A stretch of 64,000 nt of DNA from assembly GCA_964270895.1 (NCBI GenBank), contig OZ185447.1, one strand, 5' to 3'. Source of the stretch: Podarcis filfolensis (Eukaryota). A program made the translations under genes and the position numbers. Positions 1 to 16,540 of the stretch are shown here, piece by piece. The stretch's first letter is position 1, and each line of letters begins with the position of its first letter. The notes beneath the pieces were generated by a model. It saw only the letters and a program-made list of their open reading frames with translations. It did not search any database and was not told the origin of the DNA.

Positions 1-400
1 TAAACTTCATCCATGTACCCTGTTCTCAGCCCTCCTATATAACCACTGGCCTGAAAGTCCCTCTGTAAAAGAATCATCATATATATATATATCCCTTTGG
101 TTTAGGACTCTACCCCCATCCCCGCCCCCAAGGAGTTTCAAAATACTGAGTGTTGCCATATTAGAGGGCTGCCTTTAGCAAAGGAACCCCACACTGCACC
201 AAAGGACTATTGTCTTTGTCCCTTCCGAATACTTCACTGGAACCCCCCGCCCCCCGCAATGCCTTTCCAGGCCTCCCCAAATCCCTTTTGGCCTAGGAGC
301 CCACTCCCCCAATCCATCCAGTCCCTCCCATACCCCAATAAATAAATAAGTTAGAGGAAATGTGGTCTGTCCGTCTGTGGCTGAGGAGGGAGAGGTATCA

Positions 401-5097
<4,697 letters not shown>

Positions 5098-6529
5098 CTC
5101 GCTCAGGCTGCAGGGTTGAGGGGGGAGGAGGAGGAGGAGGAGGAAGAGGAGGAGGAGGGGGCCACACAGATGGGGAGGGTCAGCGGGGCTAGGATCCCTC
5201 CAGGCGCTCCCCTCGAGGAAGACTCATGGTATCCAAGGGGGCGAGGGGGGGATGGAGAGGGAAGGGGGGGATGGCGGTGGTGTGCGGGTTGGTCCCAAGC
5301 AGAGCTGCTGTGACAGACAGAGAGACAGAGCCAGGGGAGGGAGGGGGAGCAGGGAGCAGCTGTCAGCACAGTGCGGGAGGGAACTTAAAGAGACAGTGGC
5401 CTGTGGTGTGTGGAGGGACTGGCGGAGGAGAGGAGCGGGCGGAAGGAGGATGCTGCGAGGATCAGCGCAGCCAGGAGCTCAGGGTGAAGCAGCGGCAGCA
5501 GAGCCCGGGGACTGGAGACAGGGGCTGCGCTGCCGCCGGAGGAGGAGGGAAGGGAAGAAGCGGGTGCTGATAGGAGGGAGGCAGGGAGAGGGTGCGGGTT
5601 GGGGCTGCTGGACTCTATAGGTGGATCCGAAGCGGGGAGAGGTTTGGGGTGGTGACTCAGAGCGGGAGGCTTGGGACAGGGAAGAGTGGCGGAAGGAGGG
5701 AGAGGAATCTGCCCATTCATCTCCTTAAAACCCTCACCGCAGCAGGGAGTCCCCTGGGTTTAGCCTCTGCCTCTTTTAAACTGGGAGAAGCTGGCTAAGA
5801 AGATTGGGGGTGGGGGGAGGAGGAGGCATCCCCCCCCATTTGCGGCTAATCAGGCAGCAGAATTAACCCCCTGAGTGCCAGATCATCCCTTCCCCTATCT
5901 CTCCCTCTCTCCCTCCCTCGTTTAGCAGGAAGTCGTGCTCACAGGATGATTTAGGCTAATCCTATAATCCCAGCCTGGTTTGTGAGGAAGGATCAGGTCT
6001 CTGATGTGGGAAGTGGGAGGGTGTGGGGGGGGGGAGAGAGAGAGGCAAAATCAAGGGGGTGGGTGGGAGCAATTAACCCTTTCCGCTCCCAAAGCATTAG
6101 GGACTAATCCTCCAATAAAGCTCCACCTGCTGAGCAGGTGACCCTGATGTGACCTTTGATAGGTGGGTGGAAAGAGCCTGGCAAGTGCCTGTGGAACTAA
6201 CTAAAGCAATACTGACACCTTGTGCTGGGCTATAGGAACTGCAGCAGGTGGGTTTCCCAAAGAACAGAGGTGACCTGGTTTTATGAATTGCTTTAACCCA
6301 TTTCTAAGGAGGGCCAAAGATATTATGTAGTCTTGAAGTGTGTGGGAGAAGATTACGTGCTCACCTACAGGAGCTGACTGGACTGGCAGCTGAATCTTGC
6401 TTTGAACTTCAGCATAGGAATGCCTCTCCACTATATCTGAAGGCAAGAGCACACAGGGCTCCGTCCTTCAACACCTCATCATTGCTCCATCCTTCCCACC
6501 TTTCACCCCCATCTGATGAATGGTAGGGC

Positions 6530-6532
<3 letters not shown>

Positions 6533-6600
<68 letters not shown>
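6533..6600. repeat. Compound microsatellite (CT)n(CA)n
   Basis: Directly visible; lies ~40 bp inside the intron following the alternative TLCD3B exon. Confidence 0.95.
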
Positions 6601-6604
<4 letters not shown>

Positions 6605-6637
6605 TAAGAGAATCTGGGTGTCCAGGTAGTCTCTCAC

Positions 6638-7730
6638 TTGGCAGATACATAGACTGCATTGAGCTCCTCCATTTGCCCAAAGCGACGCAGAAACCGATAC
6701 ACTGTGTAGAAGAAGCTAGGATAGGCGGCCAAACCCAGGAGAAAGAAATAGGGAAATTCTATCTGCAAAAACTGGGAGTGGGAGAGAATGTCAGAAATTA
6801 GATTAGTCTCCTAACTAACAGAAGATTCTCCTCCAATAAAAAGTCAGCACATCACTCTGGTCAGCAAAGTACAACTATTCCGCTGGTTATTTTGGTCATT
6901 CCCCCCCCCCTTACATATAAATTATTGGAGGAAAGTATTGTAGCAGCTGGTAGCCATGACAGCTAAGGCATGGTGCAACAAGGCAAGCTTAGGCTATGGA
7001 GTCCATGGTCTCCAAGGAACCACCTTCATTTGGAAATGTGCATTACTTCATTTGCCAACAATGCTGTGTTTAGGGGCCCTTCTACTTATTCTGCTGAGAG
7101 GGTCCCCCCAAAGTCCCACCCTGTTGGCATCAGTTGTAATGCAGACGTGGTTGCTCCACGGACAGAAGCAAGACACCTCTGCTAGCAGATGCCAAGAACA
7201 AAGGACAAGAGGGTCTCCCTGCTACACTCTGCTTGTGAACTTATTGGGCTGGATATAGGATGAAGGCTTGACAAGACCTTTGGCTCCATACAGCCAGTTC
7301 ATTGTGAGCAAAGTATACTTTCTGTTAAAATGAATGAAGATTTTCACACTGCAACCCTATAAACATGACTGCCTAAGAAAGTAAGTCCCATGTACTTCGA
7401 TGTGGCTTGCTCCCTGGTTACAGGATTGCAGCCTAAATTGACTTAATCAAAAGCAAGACTGGAGCATAGTAAGAACTGCCTTGCTGGATTGGACCACAAA
7501 GTCCATCGATAACTCTTACATTCCAGAGCTTTTCAATTAATTGTGCCATTATTTCCTGGGTCGTCCTGTCCTTCCCCTTCTCCCTGCCCCACTCTCCACC
7601 ATCTGCTGCTGGAGAAAACTGAAATTTCCTTTGCTTCTGGAAGAGAGGAGCCTCTTCACTGGTACAGAAATCAATGAGGGACAAATGTGCACATATTTGA
7701 CCTCAACCAACTCACCTGTTCCCATGCCAT
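6638..7730 (-). CDS. TLCD3B: Alternative 5' coding exons of TLCD3B (distal isoform N-terminus; predicted 283-aa protein)
   Basis: Exon 7730-7716 (aggATGGCATGGGAACAG|gtgagt, MAWEQ, phase 0). Exon 6762-6638 (tttttgcag|ATA...TCTGCCAA|gtgaga, IEFPYFFLLGLAAYPSFFYTVYRFLRRFGQMEELNAVYVSAK, phase 2). They join exon 3780-3697 in frame, and the ending EELNAVYVSAK parallels EEADAVIVSAR of the proximal first exon. Confidence 0.75.
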
Positions 7731-8114
7731 CCTAGCAAATACAGCAGTGGTCACAAATGACATCCCAACCATCCGCTGTCCTCCACATCTATGGAGGGTA
7801 TTTCATGTTGGCAAGAGATCTTTCCCTAAGGGACTAATGAAGATGTAATTGAAATCTCACAGCTGAAAAGGATTCTACTTAAACCACATATTATTTCTTG
7901 AATATATTATTGATTTAATTTGTATACCACCTTGCCTACCCAAGGTAAAGATATGTTTTCACATTCCTCCTGAAAGTTAATAAAAATGGAAACTGGCACA
8001 GCTCACTAGGGATGGCATTCCACAACCCAAGTGATCAAATCATACTGGAACCAAAAACTGTGGCAACAAAGAGATGCATTTCCTAACAACCCATCCATGA
8101 CCTAGTGGCTAGAG

Positions 8115-8855
8115 CAGTGGTCCTCAAAAGGGTGTGGCGTGTCACTCGGGTTGGGCAGGAGAGGATGACAAGCATGGCAGAAAGATTCAAGGACAATCAA
8201 TATTGTATCTGGGAGATGATTTGTGCTCTTATGCATTGCTTTATACATTCTGGATGTCCCATGATCATACTATAAAGTAAAGGTAAAGGGACCCCTGACC
8301 ATTAGGTCCAGTCGTGGCCAACTCTGGGGTTGTGGCGCTCATCTCGCTTTATTGGCCGAGGGAGCTGGCGTACAGCTTCCAGGTAATATGGCCAGCATAA
8401 CTAAGCCGCTTCTGGCGAACCAGAGCAGCGCACGGAAACACCGTTTACCTTCCCGCCGGAGCGGTACCTATTTATCTACTTGCACTTTGACGTGCTTTCG
8501 AACTGCTAGGTTGGCAGGAGCAGGGACCGAGCAATGGGAGCTCACCCCATCTCGGGGATTCGAACCGCCAATCTTCTGATCGGCAAGCCCTAGGCTCTGT
8601 GGTTTAACTCACAGAGCCACCCGCATCCCTTATAAAGTAGGTGTGTTATATGATATAAATCAAGCACTGCTATTTTTTGTTTTGTTTTCCAATGTATTTC
8701 TTATCAATAAAAATCCAGTGTGGTGCGGTGCAAGCAAATTATTATTATTATTATTATTAACTGAATTTATATACCTCCCCTATACCCAGAGGTCTCAGGG
8801 TGGTTCATACTTTATTCTGAAAGTGTGTCCCAGAGAAAAAGTTTGAGAACCACTG
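8115..8855. mobile_element. hAT-type non-autonomous DNA transposon (MITE) containing the Sauria SINE
   Basis: TIRs CAGTGGTCCTCAAA...TTTGAGAACCACTG and an 8-bp TSD GGCTAGAG/GGCTGGAG. Confidence 0.75.
8280..8630 (-). mobile_element. Sauria SINE, near full length
   Basis: tRNA-like head with GGTTCGAATC B box on the minus strand, (ACCTTT)n tail, flanked by the target-site duplication TATAAAGTA (8271-8279 and 8631-8639). Confidence 0.9.
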
Positions 8856-9450
8856 GGCTGGAGTGTTAGACTCAGACCATTCCCATTCCTTGATGAGGAT
8901 CACTTAGGCTGGTCACTATCTCTCAGCCTAATCCTACCTCACAGGGTTGTTGTAATGATGAAATGAAGGGAGGTTATGCCTGCCACCTTGAGCTCCTTGA
9001 ATAAAGGTTTGGATGGAAATGTAATAAATAAAACATGTATTTACTCCTATGGGATAAACGCCACAACACAAACATACGGGAAAAAAAGAAAGTAGCAGGT
9101 ATCATGCAAACACAGACACAATCCAAAGCTGTGCACTTTCCAATGCCATTGATCTCAACAGTGCAACCCTGTGTGAAATAGCCATACTTTAGGTTTTCAA
9201 AAAGGTCTGGAAAACCCACTTGGTCTCGGTGGCACTTTCATATTACTCCATCCAGTTATTATACTCCTTTTGGCTGACAGGTTTTTTAAGATTGTGGCTA
9301 TATTCAATAAAGTAGAGGGAAGTTTCATATAGTATTTTATCTTTGCGCTATGATGAAGTGCACCTCTAGCGTATCTGAGGTATTCACCAATATATTTTTA
9401 GTGGCATACCTGGTGTTGCAGCAGCACAGCAAGGCTTCTGCCCTCTAACC

Positions 9451-9640
9451 CAGTGGTTCCTAAACTCGCCCCCCCCCCCACTTAGCCCCATGGGCCACAT
9501 GAAAACTGGCAGACCGCTCTGCCTTTTGTAGCAATTTCAGTGTATTGCACTAGATGCTGTATGATTTTTAATTGTAATTTCAGACAAGCTGTAGACCACC
9601 AGAATGAAGTTCGTCTGGAGACCACCATTTGGGAACTTCT
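9451..9640. mobile_element. Degenerate hAT-type MITE
   Basis: Left TIR CAGTGGTTCCTAAAC; degenerate right end TTTGGGAAC. Confidence 0.5.
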
Positions 9641-10549
9641 TTAGGCCCCCAGCCAACATAACTGAAGCACATAATTCTTTGGGGGGATTCTGATATTTGA
9701 AGATTTGGGCTGCAGTCCAACTCTTGAGTGGGTTAAGAATGGGCTGAGGCTCTGCCACTGCTGAAATTCCTGCTGTCCTCAGTAGCTAGGACAAGACACC
9801 CCAAATGGAGCATTGGGGGCACAGGGACAGGCAGAGCAAGGACAGCTGACGAACCGCTGGATATGGGATGGATTTGGTTCCCGCTGCTGTGCCAGCCGCT
9901 CCAGGGTCCCTGGGGCCACATGGCCAGAGGTTAGGATTGCTCAGCTAGTACTTCTGAGTAAAAAACACATAGTAAATTTCAAAACATTGGGGTATCTAAA
10001 TGTTATTTTTTTCCCTGATTAGCAACCACTTAGTAACAATGAGTAAGTAGTTCAGCGTGAAAACCTTTGATAAGAACCAAAAGGGGAAGCTGTTAATACG
10101 CTGAAGTTTCAGCATTATATCTAGGGGGGGAAATGACATATTCTCTCCTACATATATGAACCGTAGGTGTCAATTTCATAGAATTCCAAGAGACCAAGAG
10201 GGTCATCTTGTCGAACCGCCTGCAATGCAGAAACCTTTTGCCCAATAGCCCTGAGATGAAGAATATCCTGCTCTACCAAATGAGCCACCCAGTGCGAAGG
10301 GTGAAAATCCTTTTTTTTTTTTTTACGAGAACGAGGCACCTAAATGACTAGCTTACCCACCTTCAGGAATATTAATGCAGCGACCTAAATATTTTCTTAT
10401 GAAGGCAGATCTGCGTATATATTTAAATGACTCTTTCAGTTATTACATATGCACCGCCATCCACCTGGGCGCATCTGAGTAACTCTGCATGTCTTCTCTC
10501 CTTCCCGCCTAGTCCTGGGGCTAATTAACGAGGGATGATTAATACATTT

Positions 10550-12600
10550 AAATTATTGCAGCAAATGTCTGCGCAAACTCAAATCACGACTTGCCCTCCT
10601 CTCTCCTGCCCTCTCCGCGCATCTAACGTATTGCACGCAGCCCGCCCCGGGCCTAACTGCCCCTTCAGATAGTTTGTGGTTTCCGTGGCAACAACGAACC
10701 GCCAACAATAGCGGGGGCACGGGGAGGTGGAGGGGTGGAGTGGAGCAGGAGAGGCGCTTTGCGCATGTGCACAGAGCTGCAACCCGTCTTCGAGACAGAT
10801 GCAGGAAAAGTGAAGAGGGGCAACGCGGTTTTTCCCGAAGACGGGACTTCTTGGGTTCCTCTCTATCTTTTTCTCTCCCTCCCACACCCCACCACCACGT
10901 GGGAGGAAGCGCTGCCCATAGCAGACAAAGAAGGTCGCAGCTCCGTAGGCTCTACGTGAGATCGGAGGCCCCGCCCCCATTTCTCACCTCTGATTGTCAT
11001 TTAGTGCGGAAAATGCGTTTAAAAATAAAAACCCTGGCAACGCCAATGTAGCCCATTAATCATCCTCTTTCTTGCAGGCTGCGGTACTGCGGGAGGGAAA
11101 GAAAGAGCGCTTTGCAACAGCCCTGCAGTGCCGCCGCCCCGTGAAATATTGTTGTGTTGATAACAATTTGTATTGATTTGTGGCTTTGATATTGTATATT
11201 GGGTTTCTATTTTTTTCGTAAGCTGCTATGGGTATTCACTTGGAAGAGCGGAGTAGAAGTATGCTAATACAGAAGTAGTAGTAGTAGTAGTAGTAGTAAT
11301 AATAATAATAATAATAATAATATAACGGGGAAGCTGTTCTGCAGCATCTCCTCCGGTTTCTAGTTCCAAACCCTCACGCAAAATACCCTTCAGACTGCAG
11401 GAAAGCCGAATCTGCTTAAATTGTACCCCGAGGCGAGGCCAAATCCAGTGCTCAGTTGCACGCAAAATCCTGGGGCTCCGTCTAATAGCATGCATGCAGA
11501 TGGGTGGGTGTGCTGCACTTTGAAATGCTTAATTAATAAAAATAAAAATAAATACGGAACGACTCCTGAACAAGAAGTAGTACCATTTCCTATTTTTGCT
11601 GCTTTTTTAAGGGCGTGGACACTCCACTTCTCTGTCACACCTAACACTAAAATCCTGCATTAATTTCCCCCGTCATTTTCTATCAGCAGCGGCCTCTTTC
11701 CGTCCCGAAGTAAACCCGGTGGCAGCCTCCGCGTACGAGTCTTTCGTTTATAAGTCTATAATCTTCCTATTGAGCGCATGCGCTGCGCCGCGGAAAACGG
11801 CGAAGAAACCGAGCGAATCATCCGCGCATGCGCCGCTCGTGGAGTAACGACTGCCATGAACTTTTGAGTATGATGCGCTTTCCGTTTTACCCCCACCCAG
11901 CCCCGCCCCGCCTCCTTCCCTCCAGCTTTCGGGGCCTGATTGGTCGCTACAACGGGCCAATGCCGCGCTACAGAACACTCCCGTTACTGGGTAGATTTCC
12001 TTCAATAGGTAGGACGAGTCTGTCTGGTGACGTTTCTGTGAGGACCGAGAGGAGAGTTGAGGAAAAGGCTGACGGTTTGGCGGGTTGCTGTTAGGAATGA
12101 ACTGGGACGACGTTTACTTGAATGCAGGAAATAAGGGAAATTCCCGACCACGAGATTAGATGAAGGGCTTTGACTATTGTACCTCGAGCTGTTCTCATCC
12201 CCCCCCCCGCACCAAAATGGAAGAGGCCCACTCGCTTCCCTTCTCGCTGACGTCACTTCTGGCGCAGGCGCCGCATTTCCGTTGACGCCGCTTTTTTCAT
12301 TCCTGTCCGAACTCTCGCCTCACTTCCGCGGAGGAGCGCAGAGGCCTTAAGAGAGTTTGGTCGCAGTGGGAGCCCGTAGCGGGCCGCGCGCGCAGGTGCG
12401 GTTTCCAGGGCGACCGAGGGACGCCTTGGTATATTTACATACTGCATGGCTTCCAAGTTGCTCAGAGCAGCGTCTCCCCCTCTCCCGTTTTATCCTCACA
12501 ACAGCCCCGTGAGGTAGGCTAGGCTGAGAGACAGCGGCTTGAGCTTCAGAGCCCAGTTTAGTCTCGGCCGCTCGCTCCACAATGCAGAAAGCCTGGGAAA
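10550..12600. promoter_or_regulatory. Double CpG-island, probably head-to-head promoter region (TLCD3B distal / cysteine-rich gene)
   Basis: CpG-dense blocks at ~10550-11150 and ~11690-12600. RFX X-box GTTTCCGTGGCAAC at 10679-10692, NRF1 GCGCATGCGC at 11774 and 11824, CCAAT boxes near 11938 and 11957, CRE TGACGTCA at 12248-12255, ETS CACTTCCG near 12322. Confidence 0.7.
11274..11320. repeat. Compound microsatellite (TAG)n(TAA)n
   Basis: Directly visible. Confidence 0.95.
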
Positions 12601-13126
12601 CGTATGAACGTGATACGAATAAAGCTGCACAGTGAATGATAAACTATATTCATAAGGGAGTGGACATTAATGAGAAGAGCCTGGAGGTTCATCAACATTG
12701 GGAAGAGGAGGAAGACCTGTTTCGTTTCCATTTGGTTATGGAAAGAGGGAATTTTGAGGAAGAGATGCTATGAACAGGGAGAGGGGAAGTAGGCTTGTGG
12801 GAGGGGGTTGTGGGGTCAACTGTCAAAACTGTCAAAATATTCGAGCTTCATTTCCAAAATAAAAATTTATTTATCCCAGTGACACTGAAACTTTAATACC
12901 ATTCTACACATGTGTGTGTTATAACAGCAACATAAGAGCTTTGGAGCCTGTTTGATCAGTCTCAATATGGTTGAGACCTCTTTGAAATCAGTAGTGTTCA
13001 GAGTTAATGTATATGCATGAAAGCTTCATGAGGAAAGTGAGTTTTAACTCTGTTGCTCAGTAAGTTCTGACCCTCTCTTTTGATCTAGCAGACTATAGAT
13101 GTTGTGCTCAAGGAACAAGTGGAACC

Positions 13127-15975
13127 ATGGTCTGTAATAGCTTCAAGTTATTTGTCTCTTCCTTGGGGCTCTGAGCTATCCATGGAGCCTCCAGAGGTTG
13201 ATGTCTAGTCCTTCCCCAACTGAGGAATGGCAGTAAGTAGAGCATTTTTACTCTGTATTCACACTGCCCTTCACTTCACTTCTCAAAGTGCCCCATCTCT
13301 CCTCTCCCAGTTTGATATGTGACTGAACTGAATTTAATAAATCTACTTATGAATCAATGAAGACTGATTTGAAAGCCATGTGTTAAAATTCAAACATTTT
13401 GAGTTTGGAATATTGATTATTGTGGGATACTCTCCATATAAATTTTAGTATGTGATCCTCTGTGCCTCACAAATATTTGAAGGTTAGAAACTCACTAAAC
13501 CGTTCTATCTCTGCAGCTGCTGCTGCCACCACTAAATTAAGAGGAATCACCTAACTTCCGAACATGTACTACCCTATGTCAGAGAAGCTATACACTTGGT
13601 GTATATGCTTCTGGTCAGAGGCTAAACATTCCCGCTGCCAATTTTCTGATATTAAGAACCTTAAGTTCTTAATATCAGAAAATTGGCAGAGGGAATGTTT
13701 AACCTCTGACCAGAAGGTATTTCATGTTAAGTCAAAAGCTGTATTTCAGTGCTCAGCCATGTAATTCCTTTAATTGCTCTTCTTCCTCCTCACCACTCCA
13801 TACTGTAAACGTCCCTTCTCCTTTGGCTTTCCTCCCCTTACAGACTCCATCGCTGAACCCTCCACCAGACCTCCCTTTTGCCACAACCTTATTCCTGCCT
13901 CTCCCTGCCATCGTTTTCTTGGTCGTTGGATCCTACTTAATACTCCTGGCCCTGGTCCTTGTCCTCCGACAGTGCCTGATGGTAACTTGGGGAAGGGATG
14001 GCAATAGTTGAAAGGGCAAACACATTTGGGGATTTTTATAGGTGTAGTAATGAGAATAGATCTATCTTTTCCATAGTGCATTACAGCATACCATATGACA
14101 GTGCATTATGGGAGCAGTAGTCCTTTGGAGAGCAAGTAGAAAGGGGTAACAAATGCACATTGTTAATATTGTGTGGTTGGTGTTCTGACAATTTTGGATT
14201 ACTTGCAATCAATTCCGTAACAAATCATAGGAGCTCTAGCCTATGAGAGATAAAAGGAATTGCTTCTTAACTCAAGTTGTGAGCCAACCTGGTTTTCCTT
14301 CTCTTACCTCCTTGCAGGCCCGGGGTCTTTGTGCCAACTGCTGTTCCTGTGAAAAGCGGCCTTGGCCAAACATGTGCGAATGCTGTATGACCTGTGCAGA
14401 ATCATGTGACTGTGCCCTTCCTTCCCCAACGCGCTGTATGGATCGCTACTGCACCTGTACTAATGTGAGTTTTCCCTCTGGATAATTGATTGGCTTTTTG
14501 GGAATATCTGAGACTAGTTCCCCCTGGGGTCATTTGAATGCAGTGGTACCTCCAGTTACTTCCGGAGGTCCGTTCTTAAGCCGAAACCATTCTTAACATG
14601 AGGTACACTTTCGCTAATGGGGCCTCCTGCTGCTGCTGCGTCTTCCGCTCACATCCCAGGGCAAAGTTCACACCTAGGGGCATCTATTTCTGGGTTAGCG
14701 GAGCTCGTTACCCGAAGCATTCATAAGAAGGACAGTACGTAACCTGAGGTTCCACTGTACACAGCAGTGTCCAGGTGGAAAGGCAGTCCAGGGCTTAGCA
14801 GATGAAAATGTGGGGAGTGGCAATGACTGGCCGTCATGTATGTTACACATTTTGGGGGGGAACTTATTTTTTTGTTGGGAGGGGAAGGGTGAGAGGGTAT
14901 GATTGCATGTGCTAAGAGGAAAGAGAGAACAATTCAGAGCAGAATAATATCTTGGCTTTTTAGAGCAAGGATGGCAATCCTGTAGTTTTCCAGATGTTAC
15001 TTATTTAACAAGATTTATATAGCTCTGAATTTTTAAAATCTCTATGCGGTATGCATAAATCAATGCAATATATTCATAACAGCACTCATAAAATCAAACT
15101 TAAAAATGGGTAGACATAAAATTTATCAACATGTATAGGATTATGCTGCATATTTTGAATTTTGTGGCAGCTCCATTGTTTACCTGTGTGTGGTGTGTTT
15201 GTGCACGTGGCAATGTCTGAATGTGGAATTAGATTGAAATTCTGAGCTGGAGAGTGCATTTCCTATGGATCTCTAATTCTACCTGCATGAGTAACAAAGC
15301 CAGCAAGTTAGGCAGTAGCAAAGATGTGGTATTGCTGGAGAGATAAAAAGCTACCTGAACAGTTTCAAGCAAAGAGGGTCTTGAAAACAGCAGCACTTGT
15401 TATTTACTAAAGCCCATACTCCTTAAAATCATATGCTAACCAAAACAGTATATATAATTTGAAAGGAGGAGAGGGACAGGCAAGAGGGATCTGTGTGGGA
15501 GGAAGAAAGATGAACAGGGTAGACAGACACTTACACTTTCTTTAGAGCTTGTCAGAGCTTCTTCAGGGAGGCTGTGGCCTACATGTTGAGAAACATCAAA
15601 CTTACAGGTGTTCAGAGTGGAAAAATGTCAAGGGAACTTACCATGATATTCAGACCTATACTTTGCTGGTATCTTATCTTCAGACACTGCCTATTTATTA
15701 ATTTAAAATATTTATACCCTGCCTTGCAACAGTCTTGTAGTAATCATTATTCAGTATTTCCCTGAGTCCAAGTTTAGTGAAGGATGCTGTAACATCTTGA
15801 TGCAGGTATTTCCATAGGTTAACAGTGTACAATTTCTGTCTCTTACCAGCAGGGCTGGGAACCAGGGGCTTGTTCCTTTCCTCGCTTGTGTCCACTCTGC
15901 GATTGTGCCTGCACATACCAGCCCCCAGACTGCCAGAACATCAATTGCATTTGCTTTGAGATCAAACTGCGATAA
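13127..15975 (+). CDS. Uncharacterised cysteine-rich single-pass membrane protein (~137 aa), probable ortholog of human LOC112694756 upstream of ALDOA
   Basis: Phase-0 GT-AG exons: 13844-13981 (TPSLNPPP...LPLPAIVFLVVGSYLILLALVLVLRQCLM), 14318-14464 (ARGLCANCCSC...CMDRYCTCTN), 15850-15975 (QGWEPGAC...CPLCDCACTYQPPDCQNINCICFEIKLR*). The start is tentative (ggaaccATG|gtctgt at 13127-13129 in a candidate exon from 13092). Candidate non-coding exon 1 ends at 12395 (gcag|gtgcgg). The C-terminal CFEIKLR and the LPAIVF transmembrane lead-in match my recollection of the human protein, and position and strand match. Confidence 0.82.
14541..14757. mobile_element. Tc1/mariner (Tigger/pogo-like) MITE
   Basis: TIRs CAGTGGTACCTC...GAGGTTCCACTG followed by TA. 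Confidence 0.75.
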
Positions 15976-16289
15976 AGAACTCAAAATAACAAAAAGATTA
16001 TGTCTGTGATTTGGGAGTATGGGAGGATTTGGAAGTCTCCATACCAGTGGTGGATCCTACAAGCGGTGGACAAGTAAAATGGGGAGTTAGTTGCTCAGCC
16101 TGACATAATTAACTTGTCCTGATGCAAGAAGTTTTGAAACTGAGCTTTTTCTTTTTCATGTTGATTTTTCAAGTGCTTTTGTACTTTGTACTGCATGTTT
16201 GATATTAATGTTTTTATATGAATTGCCTCATTTTATAATAAAGCAGGTTGAGTATCACTTGTGTCTGTCTTTAATGAGAATGCAAATGG

Positions 16290-16540
16290 AGTCCATTTAA
16301 TAGACCTTTGCTGCATGGAGAAGTTTCCTAAACTCAGAAAGTGCTGGGAAGAGATAAGAACAGAAATTGAAGAAATAATAGGCTATACTTTACCCAAGGG
16401 TCCTCTAATTTTCCCATTTGGGTATGCTCAAGAAGCTCTTTTAACAGAGGACAGGGAATGAAGACAACATCTCTTGATGGCTGCCAGAATTATTATTTGT
16501 CAAAATTGGGGGAAACAGAGCATCTATGAGCATCTCTTTA
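16290..16540 (+). mobile_element. Degenerate L1/Tx1-like LINE ORF2 C-terminal fragment
   Basis: Translates as …KCWEEIRTEIEEIIGYTLPKGPLIF…, then MAARIIICQNW-like, resembling the L1-clade C-terminal region. Confidence 0.45.

Larger units (their letters stand above)
8097..9033 (+). mobile_element. Older tRNA-derived (Squam1/MIR-core-like) SINE interrupted by the hAT MITE
   Basis: The head TAGTGGCTAGAG|TGTTAGACTC resumes after the MITE, followed by the core CTCAGCCTAA-CCTACCTCACAGGGTTGTTGT and an AATAAATAAA tail. Confidence 0.65.

Noticed and set aside
10148-10339. 63-aa minus-strand ORF (…RKKKKKDFH…)
   Set aside because: The basic stretch derives from a poly-T run, the ORF has a non-ATG start, and there is no convincing exon structure or homology.
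10765-11144. Possible spliced plus-strand 85-aa micro-ORF (10765-10955 + 11078-11144)
   Set aside because: The splice signals are plausible, but the ATG lies inside an NRF1-like motif, there is no homology I recognise, and the region is promoter-like. Not supportable without expression or conservation data.
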